Shown here one piece after another: positions 38,640 to 50,781 of a stretch of DNA of 64,000 nt. Both the position numbers and the translations under genes were made by a program. The stretch lies in assembly GCA_021613535.1 (NCBI GenBank), contig CP075495.1:4712001-4776000 (forward strand). The letters are read 5' to 3'. Source of the stretch: Adineta vaga. Taxonomy: Eukaryota; Animalia; Rotifera. The notes under the pieces are model-generated. The model did not search any database. It was not told the DNA's origin and saw nothing but the letters and a program-made list of their open reading frames with translations. Every line of letters begins with the position of its first letter. The stretch's first letter is position 1.

Positions 38640-39531
38640 GTTTACCTATAAAACATTCAATCAAATGAATTCCAATGGAAAATAATCCTACCGTAACGAA
38701 TCGATGTGTAATTGTCAATGAATGTTCATAATGTGTATCGATTTCGTCAATGTCTGACTAATTTAGCGACGGAAAAATTGCATATTATTCTTTCATTTTT
38801 GTTATTTCAGGAGAGAAGAAAAGGACAGAGAGGAAAATATATCATTTAAGGCAATGTCAGAGGTTACGTACTTCATTCGTTCAATGAATTGCATCGATTC
38901 ATCTTATTTTTTTCTTCTCCTCTTTCTTCTATTTGCTTACGACATGGATAGAAAAAGACAAATATATATATTATATATATATCTGCAAACTGACACAATC
39001 GATGGCTGTGTTGAAAGAATGAAAGATTATCAATTGTATTGATGACTATAAAAGTAAAAGTAGACTTTTTCTTTCGGAGGAATACAAAAAAAGTATTGTA
39101 ATTCGAATGACATAGAATGACGGACGTATTTGATTAAAACCAGATATTAAGTTGCATTTAAAAAAGAAGAATCTCCATCAAAAGTATGATAGTACAACAA
39201 GGCTAGTATACAAATCAAGTTTGTTTACATTTCAAAAAGTAGCTCAATATAAATCTGACATATTCTATCATCAATCATTGATGTACTAATTACTAATATA
39301 GATTTGACATTAATGAAAAAATATTGATCAGAAAAATGTTAGATGTAACTTTTATCTTGGATATGTATTTACCTAAATGATACAAATATTTTGCCAGATA
39401 AGACATTAGAAATGTGCAAACAGAATACTCTTATCAGATTTTTTACTCTCTCTCTCTCCGCTGGTACTCGACTTATATACTCTACCTTCTACGAGACGAC
39501 AATTATTTATAAAAAAAATAAATATACATCC

Positions 39532-41420
39532 ATGGCGATACGACAGATTTTTTTCCTATTGACATTATGTATTATTTCAAGTAAGTAAAATTTCATTTGA
39601 AAAGCAAAATATCCATAGAGCTATCTTAATTAATCAAGGCCATGGAGTACTTCGCTTTGCTAATTATTTCCAAGATAACATGGTTTTACAGCGGGCACCA
39701 CAACGTGCTGTTGTTTGGGGTTATGGTGACACGAAAGCTCATACGATATTGACTATTAATAATAAAGTCTATCATACAATTAGTCGTGATGAACCAGCAA
39801 ATAAATTAGGTGAAAGTATTTGGTCAGTAACACTCGATGCTGAAACTGCTGAAGGACCATTTGAAGTAATTGTGACACAACCAATAGGAAATGGATCAGT
39901 AGGAACAATTTCATTGAATAATGTTCTCTATGGTGATGTATGGCTATGTTCAGGACAATCTAATATGCAAATGGCTGTTATTAACATCTTTAATGCTTCT
40001 ACAGAAATTGCGAATGCTGTAAATTATCCAAAAATACGTTTATTTACTGCTGCGTTAAAAGAAGCACCAGCACCAATCGAAGAACTTCTTGGTATAGTAC
40101 AAAAATGGTCTGTTGGTTCACCAAGTAGTGTTGGTGGTCCATCGTATCAATATGCATCTGCAGTTTGTTGGCTTTATGGTCGGATGATACATGTCGCACT
40201 AAACAATCGACCCATTGGTCTTATTGCTACATCATGGGGTGGTACTCCTATTGAGTTCTGGATGCCACCACCAGCTTTACAAGAATGTGGAGTGACAAAG
40301 TTCGTATTATGAATAAAAATAAATTTGATTTCTATTTGATAATTCTATGAAATAGGAAGAAGAGAATTCCATTTGAACCCTATGGACAACCTAATTTTCA
40401 AAGATTGACTGCGACTGATTCCGAGTTATATAATGCAATGATTTATCCATTCACAAGAATGGTCATTACTGGAGCTATTTGGTATCAAGGTAAGATGATT
40501 TTATCGGATATTCTTTGTTTATTCTTACTATTATTGAATAGGTGAATCAAATGCATATAGAAATCGTGATAAATATACATGCATGTTTTCAAAGATGATT
40601 CAATATTGGCGACAAGTATGGAATACACGCACAAGTGGTATTAGTGATCCTAACTTTCCATTTGGATTTGTTCAAGTATGTGATAAAAAAATTATTTTTT
40701 CGAAAAGAAAACAAACTCTAACGATATTTAGTTATCCACAAATGAAAGAACTGGTAATGTTGTCGGTGGTTTTCCATGGATTCGATGGTATCAAACATTT
40801 GGTGTTGGTCATGTACCAAATAATGTTGTTCCAAATGTATTTATGGCAACAGCTATGGATCTACGAGATGATGATGGAGAGTAATTATAGAAAAAAAAAA
40901 GTTTAAATTTTAACTGAAAAATTTGATTATTTGTTTAACTTTAGTATTCATCCACGCACAAAAGAAGATGTTGGTTATCGTTTATCTCGTGCTGGTCTTG
41001 CTGTATTTTACAAACAAAATGTTGAATTCTTAGGACCTATCGTATCAAATGCTGTTGTCACCAGTGGTAGTACAAATATTGATATAACCTATTCGAATGT
41101 AACAGGCATTGAATTACGAAGTTCAGCTGGATTTGAAGTAAATCAAAATCTACTATTTTTCTTTCTTATATTTAATCATTTCGTATTAGGTATGTTGTCA
41201 AGGAGCTGCCTGTTCCAATGATAATCAATGGTTTGCAGCACCTGCTTCAATGAAAGGTGGTCTCACAATAACTTTAACTGTTCCAAGTTCATGTGTATCA
41301 CAAACAATCTATGGTTTTCGTTATCTATGGCGTGAAACACCTTGTCCATTTAAACAAGCTGCTGTATATAGTGCAACAGATTCAAATCTACCATCTCCAC
41401 CATATTTAAAAATATTCTAA
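39532..41420 (+). CDS. SIAE: Sialate O-acetylesterase (SGNH hydrolase)
   Basis: Signal peptide; FANYFQDNMVLQRAP, GDVWLCSGQSNM, SAVCWLYG, WGGTPIEFW, WYQGESN and IHPRTKEDVGYRL. Confidence 0.92.
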
Positions 41421-41497
41421 AAGACTATCATCTTTCTTTCTTTATTAAAACAACAACAATAACAAGACAAAAATAAACATAAGAAAATCAATCTATT

Positions 41498-42330
41498 TTA
41501 TTTATTTATTATATTTAAACCATTTTGTATCGCTTTTTGTAATGGAGAATTATTTTCATATGGAGAAAATTCTAAATCAATGACTGATGAACGTTGAATA
41601 ATTGAAGAATACTTTTCATTCGTATAATCCTAGATTGATGTGTAGTTTAAAGACAATAATTACTTATACAAATGAGATCAGTGTTGTCTTACACTATTAC
41701 TATCATTGAGTTGATTGCTAATATCTAATAGAAAAACAAAACAAAGAAATAAATGAAAACTAGAAAGAATAGTAATATACTTTTTAATAATAAGGTTTCA
41801 TCATAGTCATGTGCTCCTTCATCTTCTATTCCTGAACTTTGATCCATTTCATCGTTTTGGTCATCTAAACAAAAAGTAGTATCGTATGACTACAAGGCAT
41901 GTTTTTTTCGATTTGACGAGTAGTAATGTGACTTTCTAAGCTCAAAGACGAAAACTGAATATAAGTCTTTGTTAAATTTAATGTTATAGAACTTTTAATA
42001 CAAAGAAGGAAATATGTAACATACATCCTGTTGCATTGAAATCGAGCGTATCAGGAACATTAAAGCAAGCTGGAGGTGGTAATGGTGTTTTTCGTTTATG
42101 TATTGCAGTTTTAAAAAGATCTGAAAATAGATATATGTATATTAATTACATTCTTTTACATCGATTGTTATACCTGAAGCAGGAGGAGGAGTTGGTGCTG
42201 CTGCAACAGCAGCAGTCTGTGTTGTAGAATAAACCTGGCTGAACTGTTGTTGTCGACTTAAATAATATGTCAATGGATACCGAGTTTTCAGTAATGTATT
42301 CAAGACTGATTCTTCAGTTGATTGAGCCAT
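41498..42330 (-). CDS. Hypothetical small multi-exon low-complexity protein
   Basis: MAQSTEESVLNTLLKTRYPLTYYLSRQQQ... followed by short GT-AG-bounded exons; no recognisable domain. Confidence 0.4.
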
Positions 42331-42564
42331 TACTATACTTTTCTCGAAAAATTGAATGAATGATTTGAATGTATAAGTATATCTCATTTCGAATGGAAAG
42401 CGCGTTGAAAAGATAGTGATGTCGCTACATTCTACATATGAAAATGAACTATCGATTGGTTCATAGAATTTCTTACATTGTTTAGCGGGTTCTTTGTCTT
42501 TCCATCTGCATCGTACATTGAATTCTGTTCTTCTGTTTTCACATCTCACTCTCGAAAAATAATA

Positions 42565-45500
42565 ATGAGTATAAATCTTCGTCAAAAATTAGTAAGTTAA
42601 TCGAATCTTCAAACATTTTTCTCGTTCATAAAAAAACAAAACAAACTTATTTTGTCTTATAGAGACAATTAAATAAACAGAAAGAAGAATTTAATCATGA
42701 TGATCAAAATGTCGATCTTCATAAATCAACAACATCGACAACAACACCGATTCAATTAAAAAAAACTCCTGCAAAACAACAAATTCTTCATCCAAAATCC
42801 TTAAATATAAATAATCCTGATGTAACATTAACAACTGAAGAACTTCATCGACGAGAACAAGGTTCGAATTTGTTTTTCTTTACGAAATTTCATGTCATCT
42901 TCATTTCATTTCCTTTAGAATTCAATGATGATATGCAACGTGAATGTGGTCAAGATGCTGAATGGAAAAAAATTCAACAGAATACATTTACACGATGGAT
43001 GAATGAACGTCTGAAATTAGTTCATCGACATATTGATAATCTACAAACAGATCTCAGTGATGGATTAAATTTAATCGCTTTAATTGAAATTTTAGTTAAG
43101 AAAAAATTACCACGATATAATCATCGTCCACAATTTCGTTCACAAAAATTAGAGAATGTTTCAGTTGTTCTTGATTATCTTGAAAATGTTGAGAAACGAC
43201 GTTTAGTTAATATTGATGCAACAGATATTGTTGATGGAAAAATGAAATTAATTCTTGGACTTCTATGGACATTAATTTTACATTATTCAATTAGTTTACC
43301 TGCTTGGGAATTGCCCAATGAAAAAAGAGAAACATTACAAAATGTGAAACCAAAACAAAAACTAATGACTTGGTTACAAGCAAAATTATCATCGCAACTT
43401 AATATTGCAAATTTTACTTCAGATTGGAATGATGGACGCGCTATTGGTGCTGTCATTAATTCATGTTATCCAGGTATAACATAGTTTCTATTGTCGAAGA
43501 CAGGAGGAGACAAGAAAATCTATATATTTAGGTTTATTTCCAAATTGGGCGGATCGAGATCCAAACAATGCATTGGAAAATGCTAGAGAAGCAATGGATT
43601 TAGCTGAAAAATGGCTTGGTATTCCACAGGTAATAAATATATTTTATAGTTTCAATGAAATAATATAGAATTTATAGTTAATTCAACCTCATGAAATGAT
43701 AAATCCTCAAGTTGATGAACAATCAATGATGACATATTTATCACAATATCCAAATGCTCAATTAAAACCTGGTGCACCTGTAAAACCAAAAAATCATGCG
43801 AATCAAGTTCATTGTTACGGTCTAGGTAAGAAAACTGAAAATCCAATTATTATTCTTACATACTTTTGTTCAAATCTAGGTCTTACTCAAACAGAACATA
43901 TCGTCGATAAACCAGTTATTTTTCATATTGAAACATGTGCAGCTGGTTTAGGTAAAGTTGATGCAATTGTTGTTAATCCCAGTGGTCAAACAGAAGAAGT
44001 AAGAAATAGTTTTAAAAGAAAATATATCAACATTATTTTGTATAACCATTTAGTGTACGATTGAATTTCGTGAAGATACTAATCGAACATATGATTGCGT
44101 TTTTTATCCGACTCTTAAAGGAGAATATAAAGTAAGTTGATACAAAGATTCTTCGTTGATTTTATCGTAATTATTGTTGTTTTAAAAGATTATTATTACA
44201 TTCAATGAACAAGAAGTTCCTCATTCACCTTTTCTAATCAATGTCGATGCACCAACAATACCTGAAATTATAATTAATGATGATGATGATGATGATGTTG
44301 ATTCACCAGGCAACGGAATTACACGTAAGTTGATGATTAATTTTTAAATAAAACAAAGAGTTTTGAAAATGTCCTTGTCTATTTTGATATTGAATAGCTT
44401 CTGATGGTGAACAGCCAGTCTATGAAAATTTAAAACAAACAAATGCGATTATCTATGATCGGCAAAGTTCAACAGAAGTCAAAATCACAAATTTAGATGA
44501 AGAAAATGATGATATTATCCTTCGAGAAGATCACATTTATTATGCATGTGTAAGTAATTCAATATCGTACAAAGAAAAATAAGATTTAATATCTTGTCAT
44601 TCTTTTTTTCTTAGCAAACAAATATTGCATCAATACAAGATCATCAACTTCGTCGTCAAATCTCTACGCGTTCTATATCCGATCCGACATTAAATAAACA
44701 TACATTTTTCTCTCCAATAAAACCACCACGAACATATTGTCATGATGAAAATGAAGAAGAATTGGTTTGATCTTTTTCTTACAAATCTTTTCTTTATAAA
44801 ACAATCTTTTCTTTCTTTTCATAGAATGAATCACCACTTGTATATAGTTTAACTGATTATCGTTTAAAACAGAAACGCCCTGATAGTTACGATATTCCAA
44901 TAGTAAATCAACCGAATTCCATCATTACAAGTTCAACAACATTAAATTCAACAACATCATTATCGAATGATGATAATACACAAGAAAATAAACGCTTAAC
45001 ATCAAAATGGTTAATTATCGATGAAATAAATGTGAGAAAGAAAAAGATTATTTTTTCTTTAGATTTTTCAACTAATTTGTTTTATTATTTCTAGCGTTTA
45101 ACTGATCTATCTAAACGAGAAACGTCAACATTAACACAAACATCACATGCATTAAAATGTTGTTCGAATGATCCACATGCCGCTTTATCAGATAAAAAAA
45201 TTGAATGTGAACGTGTTATTTTTATGGCTCGTATGTAATTCATGGTATTAAATTCTTCAATTAATTATATTTTTTCTTTCTATTTAGGACAAAAATTAAC
45301 ATCCTATAATAGTGAAATCAGACGTTTGGAAAATCTTGATCCAGATAGTGAATATTATTCTTCAGATATTTCACATAGTACATTGATATTGCAAGATATT
45401 CGTCTAGCTATCAAAGAAGATTATTTACGATCGTTACGAAAAGGCAAAGGTTTGTGTTTTCGAATATTATTTATTGATAATTTCATGTCTTGGTTTTTTT

Positions 45501-46750
45501 TCTAGAAACGAAATTTTATTTTTTTATGTGTGCTGTTCATTATCGATCACAAACACTTTTCTCACATATGGTTTCGTCATTTGATACTTTACAAACGAAT
45601 GGACAAGTTATTTTTTCAAATCGAATGATTATTCGAGAAGTAGAAAGTCAATTTGCAGCAACTATTGGTGTTTACTGCATGGTAGGTTAAGTTTGAGAGA
45701 AAACGCTTCATCAAGATCATCATGCGATCGAATTGATAAATAGAAAATTGACACTCTAACATTTAGGAAATTACAATGAAACATCCAATTACTGGACTTG
45801 ATCAATCACCCGTTGTTTGTTCACATCATCATGTCTCATCATCAGCAAATACGAGTCAATGTATGCAATGTGATAAACAACGATTGAATTCAACCGGTAT
45901 GACGTTCAATTTTTTGAGTAGAAGACTATATTTTTTTAAATAACTTTTAGTATCAATACCTGGTCAACATTCGAAAACAAATACCATGATCCGTGTTAGC
46001 AATTTCTTTCAAGTTGATGCAATTACTATTCGTAAAGAAGATTTGAAGACACAAGAATTTATGCTTTCTGTAAGTTTAGATGATATAATTAGTAAATTAA
46101 TAATAACTTGTCTTGTCATAGATTTCATCAGCATCAATTCCATTAAAACATAAATTATACGTTAAATTACAACGTTTATCCGAATTAAAAATTCGTAAAG
46201 CTGGTTATTTGGTATGGATCTTTTGTTCATATTATTTCATTTGATAGAGAGTCGTTGTTTTTTTACTATTTCGATATTTAGACAATCTATTGTGATATAA
46301 GTGGATCAGGTGTATGGATTCGTCGATGGTTTACTTTAACTAATGAACAAAATCTCCGTTATTGGCCATCACCTGAAGATGAAGAAAATAATATCGTGAG
46401 TTTCGAATAAATTGACATATCAATTTCATTCTTTTGTTTAAATTTTTTAGCCACCAACAGGTGAAATTGATTTACATTATTGTATTGATCAAACTATTAG
46501 TGTTTTACAACGAGAAACATGTGCTCGACCACATACATTTGAATTACGTATTGCTATTCCGATTAAAAAATCATCTGATTTTGACCAACATGAAGATCAT
46601 CCAAGTAGTTCAATCATCTCTCAACCATTTGGTAAACGAACATTATATCGATTTTGGTTAAGTGCTGATTCAAGAGAAGATCGTAATGAATGGTGTAATA
46701 TACTTAATCAAATCTTAGGTGATTTACGTGAATGGGAAGTGATTACTTAA
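42565..46750 (+). CDS. Filamin-anillin chimeric protein: CH1-CH2, one filamin Ig repeat, linker, anillin RBD/AH(C2) and PH domains
   Basis: Filamin: [15 protein letters not shown]...[13 protein letters not shown]...[13 protein letters not shown]...[10 protein letters not shown]...[14 protein letters not shown]...HSPF. Anillin: [16 protein letters not shown]...[42 protein letters not shown]...YWPSPEDE...GEIDL...[12 protein letters not shown]. Confidence 0.85.
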
Positions 46751-47149
46751 GAAACTGATCTAAATATTTCTTTTATTTTTTGGTCAATAGAAATATTATT
46801 TTTATAGATCAGTATTTCATTCATGATTAGTTTCTTTCTTTTTTATATTATAATCTATATATGCAAATCAAACGTTCGCGTGTGTTTTGTTATGTTTATT
46901 TACATGGAGATATATTAGATCTGTATAGCGACGGAATGTACTTTTTTTCCCCCCCTTGTTATCTAAAGTGTGAAACTGTTTATATGTTGTAGAAAAAGAA
47001 AAACTTGATAATTTGATGAAATTTTCTTAATTAAATAGATAGATTTTTACATATTTGAAAATAATGATAGATGAATTAAATCTTTTCTTCGCTTGTTTGC
47101 TCGTAAAAAGAAAGTTTCATAAATTTAATGACAAAAAAATAGATTTTAA

Positions 47150-48484
47150 TTAAAGCACACCAATTGTATATGTTTTTCTATAATTTAAATTGTGAAAATT
47201 AACTCCATCTTCTGTTGAAACAGCTAATACATGTGTACCAAAAAGAGTATTCGCATATGGTATTGTATTATATGGCATTATAGAATTAATTTTGCCTGTT
47301 TTTGTAATATGTAATAAACGTCCAGATTCATAATCACTAATTAACCAATCTTCACCGATGAATGAATTACAATGATATGGTCGATTTGGATTCCAAATGA
47401 CATCGAGTGTTAATGACCATAGAGAAATTAATGTTTCTGATGATCGTAATTCCATTCGTGTTGTACTTTGTGAATTGTTTTTAATCAATAGAGCAAGTTT
47501 TTCTTTATGATATCGAAGTACATCAATAGATTCATCTTTATTACATACTTTGGATTGCCATTGTTGATCGAATTTTTTCGATGATAGAAGATCTATTTTC
47601 ATAATAGATGAACCCCATTCATTAGTAGATAGAAAAAGATATTTATCCGAACAAGTACATGATAACCATTTTTGTTTTTCTAGATTTTTTATTTTTTCCA
47701 ATGACATATTAATTTCATTGAGAAGAATAACATTTTTCGGTGTAAGTAAAATAAAACATCGCAATGCAATTGACCAACACATATCATAAATTCTTTCATA
47801 ACGCCATGGTATTTGACTGAAAATAAGTAATTCTTGATTGATAAAACATAAATTTGGTGCTTGATGTATAAGAAGTATTCGATCATTACATGCAAATGCA
47901 TGATAACTACCATCTGGCCGATGAATCGTTCGATAAACTGATGAAAGAATTGATAAATCATAGACTTCTTCATTAATACCTCGAATATTAATTAGATTAT
48001 TATCTAATGTTAAAGAACGAATACGTAGATCAATAAAATTTTCTTCGATCGTTTTTATTTGTCTTTCTAAATAATCAATCATAATGGATAATTCATAAAT
48101 ATCATCATGATTAGTTTCTCGTTCATGTATAAGTTTCTTCAATTTAATTTCAACTTGAGTAATTTCATCACGTTCTTCATCAATTTTTTCAGTAAATAAT
48201 CGTACAAGTTCTTGATCTTTTTGTTCAAAATATTCATCAATCTTTCGATGAGAATCGACACGCCATTGTTGCAGTTTTTCTCGATAATTATCGACGATTT
48301 TCGATATGTCAATCGATTGTATACGATTATTTAATGATTGAATCATATCCATAAAAGGATGTACACGACTATTAGGAAAATTATTATGTTCATTCAAATG
48401 AATAACACACACATTTTGTTGACAACAATGACAGAGAGCACGTGCAGTACGACTACATAAAGTAACAGTACATATTTGAGACAT
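47150..48484 (-). CDS. Intronless 444-aa protein: B-box-like zinc finger, coiled coil and beta-propeller-like C-terminus
   Basis: CTVTLCSRTARALCHCCQQNVCVIHLNEH; helical KLQQWRVDSHRKIDEYFEQK region; beta-rich C-terminal half (DMCWS, WLSCTCS, WLISDY). Confidence 0.75.
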   Translation of the reverse strand: MSQICTVTLCSRTARALCHCCQQNVCVIHLNEHNNFPNSRVHPFMDMIQSLNNRIQSIDISKIVDNYREKLQQWRVDSHRKIDEYFEQKDQELVRLFTEKIDEERDEITQVEIKLKKLIHERETNHDDIYELSIMIDYLERQIKTIEENFIDLRIRSLTLDNNLINIRGINEEVYDLSILSSVYRTIHRPDGSYHAFACNDRILLIHQAPNLCFINQELLIFSQIPWRYERIYDMCWSIALRCFILLTPKNVILLNEINMSLEKIKNLEKQKWLSCTCSDKYLFLSTNEWGSSIMKIDLLSSKKFDQQWQSKVCNKDESIDVLRYHKEKLALLIKNNSQSTTRMELRSSETLISLWSLTLDVIWNPNRPYHCNSFIGEDWLISDYESGRLLHITKTGKINSIMPYNTIPYANTLFGTHVLAVSTEDGVNFHNLNYRKTYTIGVL

Positions 48485-49229
48485 TGGAAGATAAAGATGA
48501 ATGAATATTTGATGGAAAAAAAAACCACAGACGAGAGAATGATTTCTTTTTATGATGGACTAATAAGACACTGTTTCGCTATATTTCGAAGGACAAACAA
48601 CTGGTTACCTTGATATTTACTTGACAAAATCGAAGATTTCTTTTTCTCTAATTTATGATTTAGCGAATGACAAAAAAAGATTTTGTCAATATTGATTGTG
48701 CCTGACGAGTTTAATAGACTTTTAAAATCAACTCATAAAATTTTCGATAAGTATGTATATCGATAAAACATATCTTCTATAGTTATTAGACATGATTGTG
48801 AATAGTAATGCGAATGCATCTGTGGTAAATTCATGGAGAGTTTAAATGATTCCATAATAAGTTCTTTTTCATGAGAGAAGTAATCTTAAAAGATTATTTA
48901 TGCACTATTTCTCATCAAATGAACTCTCAGTAAGAAAGTTACGTGAAAGAATCAATAGAAAAGAAAAAGAATCTTTCACATTGATAAAACATAATATTCA
49001 TCATCGTTCTAAATCTATTCGAATCATATAGATCGAAACGTGACTTTTACATAGATTACTCATCGAACAATAGCTGAATGAGTAACATGGGACTTTCTTC
49101 TTATCTAGGTAATACTATCACAAAAGTTATTTTGAAAACAAAGACAATAAATAATACTTTTTTTTATTATACATTGACTACAAATTTTTTTATAACAAAA
49201 ATTAAAATCAATAGAAATACTAATTCGAT

Positions 49230-49903
49230 TTAAAACCATTCAAATTCATCCGTAAGTGCATCATAATAAATTTCTTCTTCGTCACTATCATCAATACATT
49301 TTCTTTTCCATCTTTGTCTTACTCGTCGAACGATATGCCGTGTTCTAGCATGTAATGTATAACAAGCACCATTCGATGAGTAATAATAAGAAGTAAAATC
49401 TGAAAACGATCGTACTGCATTTTTAAATGTTCCATTTGAAAATGGTTGAAATAGAATAGCTAATAGTTGAAAGATTCGATGAATACATGCTGATAAAATC
49501 ATCAGACGATTTGTGATTAAATGAATAGCAATTAATATTGATTTTAACATTTGTATCCATCCATGAATAACTCGAATAATTTGAACAAGTTTTTCAATAA
49601 ATAAGAAAATGCTTCGTGTCATTCGATCGATATAAGTAAAAAGTTGAAAGATAAATGTTGCTGTTAAACATAAAGAATTATATGCTTGATAAAGACTTTT
49701 AATAAAATGTCGTCGACGAGATTTCCGTTTCAATGGTTTATCAAATAGAAATGCATTATTTTTTGAATGATGTTTACTAATAAAATGTTAATTATGTAAA
49801 AACAAAACGAAGAGAATAAAACTTACGAACTAAAACGAGAAAGTAATGATTTACGATGAAAGAGATTATGTTGATGTTGTTTTTTAGTTTTTGAAAAAAT
49901 CAT
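49230..49903 (-). CDS. Hypothetical protein with hydrophobic/amphipathic helices (2 exons)
   Basis: MIFSKTKKQH...|...KRKSRRRHFIKSLY... open to ...EEEIYYDALTDEFEWF*; one short intron (~49777-49826). Confidence 0.5.
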
Positions 49904-50781
49904 ATGTTCTATACGTATTAATATTTGGATAAATAAGTGTGGGTGCGGCTAATATTCCCGAAGACATATATGAATAACAAGAAACATTGGTAACACATGG
50001 CTAATAAAGGTAGAGTAACCTGTAAACATCAAAAGACGTCATCAGATTTTATACTCCAACGCGAAAAAGAAAAAGAATGTACAAGAAATTAGGCGATGTT
50101 TTACCTATTTAAAAATGGTGCGATATTTCTACGATGTGCTAAATGCAAAACTATATTACAAGATTAAAATAGTTCTTAACTGATCGAATCAAATAACATG
50201 TATGATCGTGTTCGTTTTTTTCTCTCTTCTCCTTCTTCTAATCAAATATTTGAAGTGGAGACGAACGATATGAATACAAAAAATTCGTTCTTACGTCTTT
50301 TTTTTGACGATTTTTTTTTCATGATATGATTGTATTCGTAATGACAGAATGAAAGAAGAAAAAAACGCAATATATATGTAGACAAATGATTATCGTTGAA
50401 AATTATTAAACATGTTTGTTAACCTACGATATGTATATACATATAAGAATAAAATTCTACAAAAGTAAGTTAAGCTTCTTCTTAACTGATTAACGATATG
50501 AATTCTTATTGATTGTTATGTTAGGAGCGGGATCTTAACAATGAACGATAGATAGAGAAAATTTTGTAGAATTTTACGTGTTTTCATTGTATTGAATCAT
50601 TTGAATGAGTAAATAAATGTAACTACTGAAATTAGTAATAATTAGATATGCATTTATTAAAAGAAACATGTGATAATGAGAAGTAACGTTTCACTATATT
50701 GATGAATCATATTTGTATACTAGTTTAGTTTTGATGAGTGTATGATTTCAACATTTTATTCAAAAAAATATATTCATCAAA

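Noticed and set aside
39532-41420. SIAE as a bacterial horizontal transfer
   Set aside because: Animals have SIAE, and the motifs and length fit the metazoan type. A phylogeny would be needed to claim otherwise.
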